In this document: positions 32,058-42,293 of the stretch, piece by piece
How the letters are laid out: the number at the start of each line of letters is the position of its first letter
How positions within the stretch are numbered: the first letter of the stretch is position 1
Origin: Candidatus Hydrothermarchaeota archaeon
GTDB taxonomy: Archaea; Hydrothermarchaeota; Hydrothermarchaeia; Hydrothermarchaeales; BMS3B
Assembly (NCBI GenBank): GCA_015521615.1
Contig: WANW01000059.1
Span: 802 to 64,801, forward strand
Length of the DNA stretch: 64,000 bases
Direction of reading: 5' to 3'
Position numbers and translations under genes: made by a program
Notes under the pieces: model-generated
Databases searched by the model: none
What the model was told of the DNA's origin: nothing
Seen by the model: only the letters and a program-made list of their open reading frames with translations

Positions 32058-33668
32058 ATGGCAGCGCTTTTTTGGGCAGACCAGAAGGCAGAGGAGATAG
32101 TGCAGCGCAAAAAGTTTCGTTACATTGATAGAGAGATTCCGAGCTTTGAACGCTTTGTTGTTAAGACGAGCGCAAGCATCTCTGGCGTTCTCCACATAGG
32201 CAGACTGAGCGATACAATACGCGGCGAAAGCGTGGTGCGAGCACTGCGCGACGCAGGCTATGATGCCGAGCTCATCTGGGTGGCAGAGGATATGGACCCG
32301 CTGCGCAAGATTCCGGAGGGTGTGCCAAGGGAGCTTGAGGAGTACATAGGCACGCCGGTAAGCACCACACCTGACCCCTGGGGCTGCCATTCCAGCTATG
32401 CGGAGCATCACATAGCGAGTTACTTTGAAGTGATGGAGGAGTTCATCGAAGTAAAACCCGAGAAGTACTCAATGCGCGAAGAGTACCGGCATGGAAGCTT
32501 CCGCCCGTTTATCAGAAAGCTTCTTGAGAACTTGGAGCTGGTGATTGAAATTCAGAACAGGTACAGGGACAAGCCGCTTGAGAAGGGCTGGAGTCCCTTT
32601 ACGCCGGTGTGCAAATCCTGCGGCAAGATCATAACTCCACGCGTGGAGCGTTATGAGGAGGGAAAGGTGTACTACCGCTGCGAGGACTACGCCTTTGAGA
32701 AGCACGTGGCCAGAGGATGTGGCTACGAAGGCATCGCGGACCCCCTCCGCGACGAGGGCAAGCTGATGTGGAAGAGCGAGTGGGCGGCACAGTGGGCGCG
32801 CTGGCGCGTCGCAAGCGAGGGCGCGGGCAAGGAGTACGTAGTGCCGGGAAGTGCGTGGTGGATAAATGCCGAGATATGCGAGCGCGTTCTGGGCTTTCCC
32901 ATGCCTGTGCCCATCTTCTATGAACACCTGATGATAGATGGGCAGAAGATGAGCGCCTCTCTGGGCAACGTGGTCTACCCGCATGAGTGGCTGCGTGTGG
33001 CTCCTCCGCAACTTCTGCGCTTTCTGTACAACAAGAAGCTGATGAAAACGAGGAGCTTCTCCTGGAAGGAGCTCCCAAAGCTGTATGACGAGTATGACCA
33101 CGTGGCGAGGGTGTACTACGGCATTGAGAGCGTGGAGAACGAGCGAGAAGCTGAACATCTGCGCAGGCTGTACGAAATGTCGCAGATAGGCAAACCCCAG
33201 CCCGCGCTTCCATTGCCCTTTTCGCACGCCGCAATGGTGGCCCAGCTTTTCACAGGCAGAGAAGCCATAATCGCAAGTCTGAGACGCTCTGGGCACTACT
33301 CCCCCGAGCTGGAGGAGGAGCTTTTGAAGCGCATTTCCTATGCGAGGGAGTGGGTTGAGCGCTATGCACCCGAGATGAGACTATCTCTATTGGAGGATGT
33401 GGGCGAGGTTAAAGAGAAGCTCAGCAAAGAGCAGCGCAGGTTCCTGCACTTCCTCTACGAGTGGCTTTCTCAGGGCGAGCGCTCCGGTGAGGAGATACAG
33501 GAGAAGATTTTCTCCCTCGCCAGGGAGATGAACCTGAGTGCCTCCAAGGCCTTCGGTGCGATTTACCTCGTAACCTTGGGCACAACACGCGGTCCGCGTG
33601 CGGGACCATTCCTCGCCTCTCTCGAAAGGCGGTGGCTCCTTACCAGGCTGAAGGAGGCCAGCGAATAA
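32058..33668 (+). CDS. lysK: Lysyl-tRNA synthetase, class I.
   Basis: Class I HIGH-like region (SGVLHIGRL) and KMSKS variant (KMSASLGN); about 536 aa, typical of archaeal class I LysRS. Confidence 0.8.
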   Translation: MAALFWADQKAEEIVQRKKFRYIDREIPSFERFVVKTSASISGVLHIGRLSDTIRGESVVRALRDAGYDAELIWVAEDMDPLRKIPEGVPRELEEYIGTPVSTTPDPWGCHSSYAEHHIASYFEVMEEFIEVKPEKYSMREEYRHGSFRPFIRKLLENLELVIEIQNRYRDKPLEKGWSPFTPVCKSCGKIITPRVERYEEGKVYYRCEDYAFEKHVARGCGYEGIADPLRDEGKLMWKSEWAAQWARWRVASEGAGKEYVVPGSAWWINAEICERVLGFPMPVPIFYEHLMIDGQKMSASLGNVVYPHEWLRVAPPQLLRFLYNKKLMKTRSFSWKELPKLYDEYDHVARVYYGIESVENEREAEHLRRLYEMSQIGKPQPALPLPFSHAAMVAQLFTGREAIIASLRRSGHYSPELEEELLKRISYAREWVERYAPEMRLSLLEDVGEVKEKLSKEQRRFLHFLYEWLSQGERSGEEIQEKIFSLAREMNLSASKAFGAIYLVTLGTTRGPRAGPFLASLERRWLLTRLKEASE

Positions 33669-33699
33669 TTTATATACCAGAGCATGAGGTTTTCAAAGC

Positions 33700-33912
33700 A
33701 TGGCAATTAGGCCGGAGACAATGCTCAGAAACTCCCTTGGAAAAAAGGTGAGGATAACCACCCGTACCGGCAGGGAGTACGTGGGCATCCTCAGAAGCTA
33801 CGATGAGCTGGATAACCTGTACCTCGAGGATGTTGAAGAGGTGGACGGTGAGCTTAAGCTGAAAAAAGCAATTTTCAAGGGCGGAAACATAACTTTTGTT
33901 ATGAGGGTATGA
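33700..33912 (+). CDS. Sm-like (LSm) archaeal protein.
   Basis: Sm1/Sm2 motif pattern (VRITTRTGREYVGILRSYDELDNLYLEDVEE...KGGNITFV). Confidence 0.7.
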   Translation: MAIRPETMLRNSLGKKVRITTRTGREYVGILRSYDELDNLYLEDVEEVDGELKLKKAIFKGGNITFVMRV

Positions 33913-33913
33913 A

Positions 33914-34483
33914 ATGCGCACCCTGATAGCGTTGCTTCTCATCATCCTCCTTCTGGGCTGCACAACCAGTGAAAAGACAGGAGAAAGTCCGCAATCCACC
34001 ACTTCACCGCCACCCGCAACCGTTCCAGCACAGGAGCAGGAAAAGACTTACAGGAGCGATAAGCTCGGCTTTGAGGTCAGCTATCCCGCAAGCTGGCGCG
34101 TCGTTGAAGATAAGGTGGGCGAAGCTGAGCTCGTCTTTTTCCTCGCACCCAGGGGCAGCTATGGCACAGCTAATATAAACGTGGCGAGAGAGGAGAGCAA
34201 CCTCAGTCTTGCAGAATATGCAGAGGAAATGAAGAGCAACATCGCCTCACTACTTAAAAACTATACCCTGCTGGACGAGGGTGAACTGCGTCTTAAAGGT
34301 TACGAAGCGCATGAGCTTGTATATACATACGTACAGGGACCTTACACCATTAAAAACCACGCGGTGTTCGTGAAGGCAGGAAACAGCATCTACCTAATAA
34401 CCCTCGCTTCCCTCCCAGAGGAGTTTGAAAAGAACGAGGAGGTTTTTGAGAGGTTCCTGGAGAGCTTCAGAGCTAATCCCTGA
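33914..34483 (+). CDS. Secreted lipoprotein (PsbP/DcrB-like fold).
   Basis: Signal peptide with lipobox LLLGC, then a Thr/Pro-rich linker. Confidence 0.5.
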   Translation: MRTLIALLLIILLLGCTTSEKTGESPQSTTSPPPATVPAQEQEKTYRSDKLGFEVSYPASWRVVEDKVGEAELVFFLAPRGSYGTANINVAREESNLSLAEYAEEMKSNIASLLKNYTLLDEGELRLKGYEAHELVYTYVQGPYTIKNHAVFVKAGNSIYLITLASLPEEFEKNEEVFERFLESFRANP

Positions 34484-35591
34484 CCATGAAGTCCTCGAGA
34501 ACGTCCTTCGCCTTCTCCCGCTTCTCCTGGTGCTGGACCAGGAAGCGCTCTACTTTTTCGGCGAGGTACTTCTTGCACTCGCCGCACAGCAGCTCTCCAT
34601 GGGTGCACGCGTTGTAGCGCTCTTTTATCTTTTCATCATCATCTTCGAAGATGTAGTACAGGTACTGATAGACGGAGCACACGCTTGGCCGGCCTCCAAG
34701 CTCGCGCTGCAGCTTCGCCGTCTCCCTGCCGCCTGTGAAGGCGTTCATTATCTTGCGTCTGGCCTCGCGGGGAGAGTCGGTGGTGTAGATGCTGCTCTCG
34801 GGCTTAGAGGCCGACATCTTGTCTCCGCCGAGAAGCGAGGGGAAGAACTTGCAGTGAATCAGCGCTGGCTTTGGGTAGCCGAGATGCGGTGCAGCGTCGC
34901 GGGTTATCCTGAAGTGGGGATCCTGGTCTATGGCGCAGGGGATAAGCACCGGCACCGCTTTACCCTGACGCTCGCTCTCAAGGAAGCAGGGCGCTGACTG
35001 CATGCTGGTGAAGAAGATTAAGCCTATGTTGGTGTCGTTTTTGAATCCGAAGACCGCCTTGGCTGTGGAGAAGGTGGTGCGCTTCGCCACCTTGAGCGCG
35101 AGCCTGTACTGGGACTTTATGTACTCGGTGTTGAGAAATATCTCCGTCTTCTTGGCATCGAACCCCAGAGCTATTACGTCGAGGGCATTCTCGTAGGCGA
35201 ACCTCCGCGTATCTTCGAGGGTGAGCTCTGGCTTGAATAAAAACTTCTCGTCATCGGTGAGCTGGAAGAGCAGCTTGGCGCCGAACTTCTCCTGAAGCCA
35301 GCGGGTGAATATCCAGGGCATGAGGTGGCCAAGGTGGGTGTGACCGCTTGGTCCGCGCCCGGTGTAGAGCACAAAGGGGTTGCCCCTCTCGTACTCGCTC
35401 AGCACCCAGTTGAGGGAGCGGTGGGAGTAGAATATCCTCCTGCGCAGCATCAGGTGGAGCTCACCCGTTAGTCTGCGGAACCTCTCCAGCAGGGCATCGT
35501 CTATGGGAGAGGTGCCGAACTTCTCTATGAGCTTGTCGTAGTCAACCTCGCCTACAACTTCCCAAGGGGTAACCACGAAGTCCTCTGGCAT
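34473..35591 (-). CDS. trpS: Tryptophanyl-tRNA synthetase (archaeal/eukaryal type).
   Basis: N-terminal FVVTPW motif, HIGH variant GHTHLGH, KMSAS. TyrRS cannot be fully excluded. Confidence 0.7.
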   Translation of the reverse strand: MPEDFVVTPWEVVGEVDYDKLIEKFGTSPIDDALLERFRRLTGELHLMLRRRIFYSHRSLNWVLSEYERGNPFVLYTGRGPSGHTHLGHLMPWIFTRWLQEKFGAKLLFQLTDDEKFLFKPELTLEDTRRFAYENALDVIALGFDAKKTEIFLNTEYIKSQYRLALKVAKRTTFSTAKAVFGFKNDTNIGLIFFTSMQSAPCFLESERQGKAVPVLIPCAIDQDPHFRITRDAAPHLGYPKPALIHCKFFPSLLGGDKMSASKPESSIYTTDSPREARRKIMNAFTGGRETAKLQRELGGRPSVCSVYQYLYYIFEDDDEKIKERYNACTHGELLCGECKKYLAEKVERFLVQHQEKREKAKDVLEDFMVRD

Positions 35592-35660
35592 AGCTTGGGG
35601 TTAAGCACTTCGGAAATATAAAGGCTGTGGTTGGCGACGTTACCCCGCACACCTACTTAA

Positions 35661-37211
35661 ATGATTGTTAAAGAGCGCAACACCGTAATCAAAAGCATCC
35701 GCGGCAAGCTGCGCGTGGCGCTGGTGTTTCCCAACCTGTACCGCGCCGGCATCGCAAACCTTGGGATGCAGATACTCTACGACCTGCTCAACTCCCGTGA
35801 AGATATTTACGCGGAGCGCTTTTACTTAGACGTGGAAAGGAGCGTTGAGACGCGCTCCCCTCTCAGGGACTTCGACGTAATCGCCTTCTCCTGGCAGTTT
35901 GAGCTCGACGCCGTAAACATACTTGAGATTCTCAGGCGAAGCGGCATACCAGTAAGGCGGGAGCGCAGAGAGCAGGTGGTAATCGCCGGCGGCCCGTGCT
36001 GCGTTAATCCTTCTCCTCTTGAGCGCTTCGTGGATGCCTTCTTCATAGGAGAGGCAGAGGCGGGCATCCTTGAGGTAATCGAGGCTGTGAGGGGGAGGGG
36101 TAAAAGGGAAGCGCTCGAAGAGCTTGCACAGCTGGGCTATGTCTACGTGTCAGGGGTGAACGAAGGTGCCAGGCGGGTGTACATGCGGGACCTCGACGCC
36201 TACTTTCCTGTAGCGCAGGTGCTCAGCGAGGCGGGAGCCTTTGGCAGAAGCCTGCTCGTGGAGGTAGCGAGGGGCTGCGCTCGCGGCTGCAGGTTCTGCA
36301 TGGGAGGCTACATCTTCCGCCCCCGCAGGGAGCGCAGCATTGCAAGGCTGGAAGAGATTATAACAAAGGGCATCGAGATTAGCAAACCTGAGAGAATTGC
36401 CCTCCTGGGAGCGAGCATCACCGACCACTCGCGCATAGATGAGCTGGCGGAGATTTTAAAGCAGCTCAACCTTGAGATCGCGGCACCATCGCTGCGCGCA
36501 GACACGCTTACCAGGAGCTTTGTTGAGGCGCTGGTGAAGAGCGGCCAGCGCAGCATAACCTTTGCACCAGAAGCGTGCGAGCGGCTGCGCTACGCGGTGA
36601 ACAAGGACATGAGCAACTCCCAGATTCTCGCCGCCGCAAGGCTGGCGGCAGAGTCGGGTATAAGAAACCTGAAGCTCTACTACATCCTGGGCTTTCCCGG
36701 CGAGGGGGAGGAGCACATCAGAGCGCTCGCCGATGAAGTGAAGGTGCTCAAAAGGGAAACAAAACTGAACCTCAGGCTTTCTGTAAATCCGCTGATACCC
36801 AAGCCACACACAGCGATGCAGTGGACCCCCTTCCCGGAGCCACGCAGTCTCAGGCTAAAGATGCGCATGCTGCGCAGGGCACTCGCAGGCTATGCAAGCG
36901 TGGAGAGCGAGAGCATTAAAGGTTCGATGCTTCAGGCAATAATAGCCAGGGGCAACTCCCGCCTGGGAGATGTCCTCGAGAGGGTGCTGGAGTACGGTGG
37001 CGGCTTCTCCGCCTGGAAGCGCGCCTTCAGGGACGCGGGGCTGAGAATGGACAACTACCTACGGGGAATAGATACAGACACCAGCCTGCCCTGGGAGAAA
37101 GTGGATGTACTGGTGAGCGAGCGTTACCTCCGGGAGGAGCACCAAAAATTTTTAGAAGGTAAAATCTCTCCTGCATGTTCACCTGAATGCAGGCGATGTG
37201 GCGTCTGCTGA
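35661..37211 (+). CDS. Radical SAM protein (B12-binding-like N-terminal domain family, TIGR03960-like).
   Basis: C-x3-C-x2-C motif (CARGCRFC); 516 aa. Confidence 0.65.
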   Translation: MIVKERNTVIKSIRGKLRVALVFPNLYRAGIANLGMQILYDLLNSREDIYAERFYLDVERSVETRSPLRDFDVIAFSWQFELDAVNILEILRRSGIPVRRERREQVVIAGGPCCVNPSPLERFVDAFFIGEAEAGILEVIEAVRGRGKREALEELAQLGYVYVSGVNEGARRVYMRDLDAYFPVAQVLSEAGAFGRSLLVEVARGCARGCRFCMGGYIFRPRRERSIARLEEIITKGIEISKPERIALLGASITDHSRIDELAEILKQLNLEIAAPSLRADTLTRSFVEALVKSGQRSITFAPEACERLRYAVNKDMSNSQILAAARLAAESGIRNLKLYYILGFPGEGEEHIRALADEVKVLKRETKLNLRLSVNPLIPKPHTAMQWTPFPEPRSLRLKMRMLRRALAGYASVESESIKGSMLQAIIARGNSRLGDVLERVLEYGGGFSAWKRAFRDAGLRMDNYLRGIDTDTSLPWEKVDVLVSERYLREEHQKFLEGKISPACSPECRRCGVC

Positions 37212-37286
37212 TTGCCGAACAGAAGATTTTATATGTGCTATTAAATAAAAATTAACATCTATACAAAAACTACTGAGAGAAAAAAG

Positions 37287-37958
37287 ATGGCAAGAATATT
37301 GGTAGCGGACGATGAACTCATAACACTGCGCGGGCTCGAAAGGGTGTTGAGAAGGGAGGGGCACGAGGTAGTTACTGCTGAAAATGGAGAGGAGGCCCTG
37401 AAAATCCTGAAAGAGAGGAAGGTGGATATTCTAGTAACCGACATAAAGCTGCCGGGGATAGATGGGCTGAAACTGCTTAAGTGGGTTAAGCAACACCTCC
37501 CAGACATTAAAGTTATCATGATAACCGGCTACTCCAGCATAAAAGGTGCTGTTGAAGCGATGAAGCGCGGGGCGAGTGACTACATCGCAAAGCCCTTCAG
37601 CCTGGAGGAGATAAAGGCTTCTATAAAAGCAGTGCTTGAGGAGGAGACGCATATCGCAATCCCATCTGGCGGACTCTCAAAGCAGGAGTTTGAACTAATC
37701 ATACGTGCCCTGAATCACCCTATCAGAAGAGAAATACTCAATCTTCTGCGCACTTCTCCAAGAAGCTTTACAGGAATATGGCGCAACACCGGGATAAAGG
37801 ACCCGACTGCTGTGAGTTTTCACCTTAAGAATCTTAAAGCAACTGGAATAGTAGAGCAGGATAAGAATAAGGTGTACTCCCTATCCCCCCTGGGAAGAAA
37901 GGCCGCCTCCCTCATGAATATGGTGAAGGTGGAAGAGGAACACACACAGCCTATTTGA
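37287..37958 (+). CDS. Response regulator with receiver domain plus C-terminal ArsR-like winged HTH.
   Basis: Receiver motifs (VADDE...D...K); C-terminal HTH (HPIRREILNLL...VSFHLKNLKATGIV). Confidence 0.75.
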   Translation: MARILVADDELITLRGLERVLRREGHEVVTAENGEEALKILKERKVDILVTDIKLPGIDGLKLLKWVKQHLPDIKVIMITGYSSIKGAVEAMKRGASDYIAKPFSLEEIKASIKAVLEEETHIAIPSGGLSKQEFELIIRALNHPIRREILNLLRTSPRSFTGIWRNTGIKDPTAVSFHLKNLKATGIVEQDKNKVYSLSPLGRKAASLMNMVKVEEEHTQPI

Positions 37959-38128
37959 AGTTGGCTTCAATAACAAATGGTTACTAAAACCAAATAGGCT
38001 TTTTTATTTGAGAGAAATTTCCAAAAAAATATATAAAACCCATAATGCAAGAAGTATACCAGGGTTGGGGAGGGGGGCCCACTATAAATCGGGGCTAAAT
38101 TTTTATTCTACCAATCCATAATTGAAAA

Positions 38129-38785
38129 ATGATGAGGATACTTGTTATCTCAGATATTCATGGAAGACTCGCAAAGCTGGATAGAATAGAGGGTGAGCTT
38201 CCAAAAGCAGATGTCGTTGTATTAGCTGGCGACATAACAAACTTTGGCGGGCGAGACGAAGCGAGGGAGATTCTCAAGCCACTAATGAACCTGTCGAAGC
38301 ACCTTTTTGTGGTGCCCGGAAACTGCGACCTGCGAGAGGTGAATGAGCTTCTAAAGGAGTTAAAGGTGAGCCTTCATGGCAGGGGCAATGTTGTTGATCG
38401 GGTGGCATTCTTTGGCGCTGGAGGTTCAAATCCCACACCCTTTGCCACCCCACAGGAGTATACTGAGGAACAACTTAAGGAGCTACTCGCGAGCGGTTAT
38501 TCTGCAATTAAGGAGCACAGCATAAAGGTACTTGTTGCTCACCCACCACCCTTTGGAACAAAACTCGACCTAACCAGCTCCGGTGTACATGCTGGTTCAA
38601 GAGCTGTGAAGGAATTTATAAAGGAGAATAAACCAACACTTACGCTGTGTGGACATATCCACGAAGCAAGAGGTATTGCAAAGGTGGCCACAACAACAGT
38701 TGTAAATCCCGGCGCCTTCCACATGGGGTATGCAGTTGTAGAGCTGGATGAAGACAAAATTGAGGTTAAGCTAAAGGAATATTAG
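38129..38785 (+). CDS. Metallophosphoesterase (calcineurin-like).
   Basis: DIHG, GDITNFG, GNCD and GHIH motifs. Confidence 0.7.
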   Translation: MMRILVISDIHGRLAKLDRIEGELPKADVVVLAGDITNFGGRDEAREILKPLMNLSKHLFVVPGNCDLREVNELLKELKVSLHGRGNVVDRVAFFGAGGSNPTPFATPQEYTEEQLKELLASGYSAIKEHSIKVLVAHPPPFGTKLDLTSSGVHAGSRAVKEFIKENKPTLTLCGHIHEARGIAKVATTTVVNPGAFHMGYAVVELDEDKIEVKLKEY

Positions 38786-38811
38786 GCGATAAAAATAAAA
38801 AGAAGACAGGT

Positions 38812-39192
38812 TTACTGTTCAGAGGCTATTTTCTTGAGCACATTCTCAATCTTTGACACCAGCACAGATTTGGGTACCGCTCCGACAAGACCGTCAATAG
38901 GCTCGCCCCTGTAGAAGAACCCCAGGGTTGGAATGCTCATTACACCGTAGCGCATCGCCACGTCACGATTCTCGTCGGTGTTCAGCTTCACAAACTTCAT
39001 TCTGCCCTTGTACTCTGCTGCAACCTCTTCGAAAACTGGTGAGAGCATCCTGCAGGGACCGCACCATTCTGCCCAGAAGTCCACCACCACAGGTATCTCA
39101 GACCTGAGCACCAGCTCGTCCCAGTTTTCAGTCGTAGCCTTGTACAGGTTCTCTCCGATTTCTTCAATCACCGCAGTCATAACCATTATCAC
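38812..39192 (-). CDS. trx: Thioredoxin.
   Basis: WCGPC active site. Confidence 0.8.
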   Translation of the reverse strand: MIMVMTAVIEEIGENLYKATTENWDELVLRSEIPVVVDFWAEWCGPCRMLSPVFEEVAAEYKGRMKFVKLNTDENRDVAMRYGVMSIPTLGFFYRGEPIDGLVGAVPKSVLVSKIENVLKKIASEQ

Positions 39193-39213
39193 CTCCTTTA
39201 AGCTTTTTATAAT

Positions 39214-39603
39214 TCAGTGACTGTGATGTGCATGCGAATGGTGATGGTGATGTCCGCTATGGATCCTCTCGGGCTCGTGCTTAAGCTCGCCTTTCGCAAA
39301 TTTTTCAGCTGCCTCTCCTGCAGGTATGGCACCTGTTACAATAACTTTCTTATCTTCTGCTATCAGATGAGAGTATGCACTTCTTCCAATACCAGCTGAT
39401 ATGACGACTTCTACATCCTCCAGCACCGGTAGTATCGCCTCATGGAAGTGCCCGTGCCCCTGAGCCTTGGGGTTAGCTCTCGCCTCTACAAAGCTGACAC
39501 TTTCATTGGCCACATTATATATCAGGAAATACCTCGCCCTTCCAAAGTGCTCACTCACCCTTGCGCTTTCCTCTGCAGTGTCCACAGCAATCGCTATCTT
39601 CAT
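39214..39603 (-). CDS. NifX/NifB-like (COG1433/DUF134) dinitrogenase FeMo-cofactor-biosynthesis-domain protein with a poly-His C-terminal tail.
   Basis: N-terminal KIAIAVD...HFGRARYFLIY pattern of the NifX/NifB C-domain family. Tail HSGHHHHHSHAHHSH. Confidence 0.6.
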   Translation of the reverse strand: MKIAIAVDTAEESARVSEHFGRARYFLIYNVANESVSFVEARANPKAQGHGHFHEAILPVLEDVEVVISAGIGRSAYSHLIAEDKKVIVTGAIPAGEAAEKFAKGELKHEPERIHSGHHHHHSHAHHSH

Positions 39604-39712
39604 ATTTCCACCTACTTTACTTAACGCTTCTAACCTTATAAAAGATATATGTTATATATTGTGTCACATAATTGAACATAAACTTTATCTATGCACATTG
39701 TTACTCTCTGGC

Positions 39713-40264
39713 ATGCGCGAAAGCCTGGAGACGATTGCTGGGGAGATAGATAAATGCACCAGATGTGTGCTTGGCAGGAGCAGAAACCATGCAGTACCCG
39801 GGGAGGGTAACAGGAATGCGAGGCTCATGCTAATAGGTGAGGCTCCGGGGAGGGAGGAGGATGAGAAGGGCAGGCCTTTTGTAGGGCGCGCCGGAAGACT
39901 TCTCACCCAGGTGCTGAATGATGCCGGATTAACGCGGGAGGAGGTGTTTATAACCTCTGTCATAAAATGCAGACCGCCCAACAACAGGAGACCAAGGAAG
40001 AAGGAGATAAGAGCCTGCCTGCCCTATCTCAGAAAGCAGATTACGGCGATTAACCCACGCGTGATTCTGCTTCTGGGAGGAGTTGCCGCTGAGTCACTTC
40101 TTGGAATCAGGAAGGTGGGTGAGGCCAGGGGAAAGCCCATCAGGAAGGACAGAGTATATCTGATAACCTACCACCCCGCAGCAGTGCTGAGAAATATAAA
40201 CCTTCTCTCCAGCCTGAGCGAGGATATTCGCCTGGCAAAAAAACTTGCCTACAGCGAAACCTGA
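39713..40264 (+). CDS. udg: Uracil-DNA glycosylase, family 4 (Fe-S).
   Basis: C-x2-C near the N-terminus, GEAPG motif and downstream family-4 UDG pattern. Start placed at ATG 39713 rather than the long ORF-track start. Confidence 0.8.
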   Translation: MRESLETIAGEIDKCTRCVLGRSRNHAVPGEGNRNARLMLIGEAPGREEDEKGRPFVGRAGRLLTQVLNDAGLTREEVFITSVIKCRPPNNRRPRKKEIRACLPYLRKQITAINPRVILLLGGVAAESLLGIRKVGEARGKPIRKDRVYLITYHPAAVLRNINLLSSLSEDIRLAKKLAYSET

Positions 40265-41148
40265 CGCAACAGACGGGCCATTCTGCAAAGAATATCTCTA
40301 CGTGTAATAATTCCTATAGCGTCACCGCGGTCATCAATAACAATAAGCCTGCTCACATTGTTCTGCTCCATCACAGCTATCGCCGTAGAGAGAGCTGCAT
40401 CCTTGTGAATGGTTATTAAGGTGGTACTCATTATCTCCTTGACCTTGCTGTCCTCCTTGCCCTCCGCCAGAGCACGGGCTATGTCAGTATTTGTAATAAT
40501 GCCCACTGCCTTTGTGCCATCCATAACAGGAGCGCCGCGAATACCAATGCGGGTGAAGAGCGCTGCGGCATCGCGAATGCTTGCCTCTGGAGAGATGGAC
40601 TTTATGGTATGTGTTGCAACATCATAAACCTTCTCCTTGGGAACAGAGACCATCTCAAGGATGTCGATGAGTAGCACATTGTCTATATCATCGCGGCCCA
40701 CCACCTTACCACGAATAGCGAGCCTGTTAACAGGGGTTGGGCCTATGAGGACAACCTTACCTACCGGTATCTGCTTCAGGTCACCAAGTGCGTGAACAGT
40801 CGCACGGCACTTCTCAGGGTCATGAATTGTTATCAGATCTATTCCGGTTACAGTCACATCCTCCACAGGTTTGCCGTCTATGCGAATTGGCACAGCCACC
40901 TCACGTTCAAGCTTCTCGTAGTTAAGAATAGAATAACACTCTGCTGTGGGGCGATAACCGCCCTTTGGTCCCGGAACACCCTCCACAAGGCCCAGACTGC
41001 GAAGTGACTGCATCTGATTACGTATTGTGCCCGGATTCTTGTGTATGAGCTCGGCTATATCCTCACCCTTAACCGCCTCTCCTCCTGACTTGTGGTAAAG
41101 CTCCACCAGTGCCATTAAAACTTCTCTCTGAACAGGTGTGAGTTTCAT
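40249..41148 (-). CDS. CBS-domain transcriptional regulator (N-terminal wHTH plus four CBS domains).
   Basis: N-terminal HTH-like region followed by repeated CBS motifs. Confidence 0.6.
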   Translation of the reverse strand: MKLTPVQREVLMALVELYHKSGGEAVKGEDIAELIHKNPGTIRNQMQSLRSLGLVEGVPGPKGGYRPTAECYSILNYEKLEREVAVPIRIDGKPVEDVTVTGIDLITIHDPEKCRATVHALGDLKQIPVGKVVLIGPTPVNRLAIRGKVVGRDDIDNVLLIDILEMVSVPKEKVYDVATHTIKSISPEASIRDAAALFTRIGIRGAPVMDGTKAVGIITNTDIARALAEGKEDSKVKEIMSTTLITIHKDAALSTAIAVMEQNNVSRLIVIDDRGDAIGIITRRDILCRMARLLRQVSL

Positions 41149-41233
41149 GGTCTTCCCCTTATAAAGTAGTACAAAGTTATTATTAATGATTAACTATGAT
41201 AGATATTTATATAAACTTTTAGGAAGTTGTGAA

Positions 41234-42229
41234 ATGAATTTCAAACGTGTGCCCAGGATACTCGATTCTAAAGAATTGATGGACTACGCTTTTTCGAGAG
41301 CCTCCAGGGAGGCCAGAAAAGTCTCTGCCCCCGGAGCAAGGTTGCAGAGGGTTAAGAAACGAGAAGAGCGGCGAATAATTATAGCAGGTTCTTCGGTAAG
41401 GCGGTATCTGAACAGAATACTTATGAGAATCCCACGCATCGAAGAGCTAACTCCTTTTTACAAAGAGCTTATAGAGGTCATGGTTGGGATGGAGAGATTC
41501 AGCCACAGTCTGCGCTCACTCAGGTGGCTGGTGAATAAAATTGAAAGGCTTGAAGGAGAATATACCCGCAGGGTGCGCTCGGCGAGAAGCGAGGAGGAGG
41601 TCCACAGCTACAGAAGAGAGTTCTACGGCAGGCTCGCCTCGCTGCTTCGCAAGATTGAGTCAGAACTCCTGTTCCTGAGAGAGGCCAGAGAGAGGCTCAA
41701 AAACCTGCCAAGTGTTGAGGACACTTTCACAGTTGTTATTGCAGGCGCGCCGAATGTTGGTAAGTCCTCGCTTCTGCGCCGCCTTACCGGAGCAGAGCCC
41801 AGGGTGGAAAGCTACCCCTTCACAACAAAGCAGCTCCTGCTGGGCTACTTTGAACACAATCACAGAAGGGTGCAGGTAATAGATACTCCTGGTTTGCTTG
41901 ACCGCAGCTTTGAAGACATGCGCCGGGAGGAAAGGCAGTGCATCCTTGCATTAAAACACCTGGCAAACCTGGTGATATTTCTGTTTGACATAACAGAAAC
42001 CTGTGGTTATCCCCTTGAGGAGCAGCTTCACATTTACAGGGGTATTGAACAAGGCTTCGACGTTGATGTAATCCCTGTGATTAACAAGGGTGACCTTCTA
42101 ACAGAAGAAATGCTCCGGGAGGCAAAGAAAACTGAGCCCCTGGATAGGGCACTGGTATGCTCTGCAAAAGAGGGTAAAGGCATAGCTGAAATAATAAAGA
42201 AGATAAATAAAGCTATGGACAACAAATAG
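41234..42229 (+). CDS. Nog1-family GTPase (archaeal).
   Basis: G1 GAPNVGKSS, G3 DTPG, N-terminal Nog1-like domain; about 330 aa. Confidence 0.75.
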   Translation: MNFKRVPRILDSKELMDYAFSRASREARKVSAPGARLQRVKKREERRIIIAGSSVRRYLNRILMRIPRIEELTPFYKELIEVMVGMERFSHSLRSLRWLVNKIERLEGEYTRRVRSARSEEEVHSYRREFYGRLASLLRKIESELLFLREARERLKNLPSVEDTFTVVIAGAPNVGKSSLLRRLTGAEPRVESYPFTTKQLLLGYFEHNHRRVQVIDTPGLLDRSFEDMRREERQCILALKHLANLVIFLFDITETCGYPLEEQLHIYRGIEQGFDVDVIPVINKGDLLTEEMLREAKKTEPLDRALVCSAKEGKGIAEIIKKINKAMDNK

Positions 42230-42293
42230 TTTTAAATACAAATTCTATATAATATTAAAATAGTTAATCGTCCATAATTATGGAGGAGTGAAA

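Noticed and set aside
39467-39712. N-terminal 80-aa extension of the UDG ORF (ORF-track start 39467).
   Set aside because: The extension overlaps the NifX-like gene on the opposite strand and has no UDG homology. The family-4 UDG core begins at the Met at 39713.
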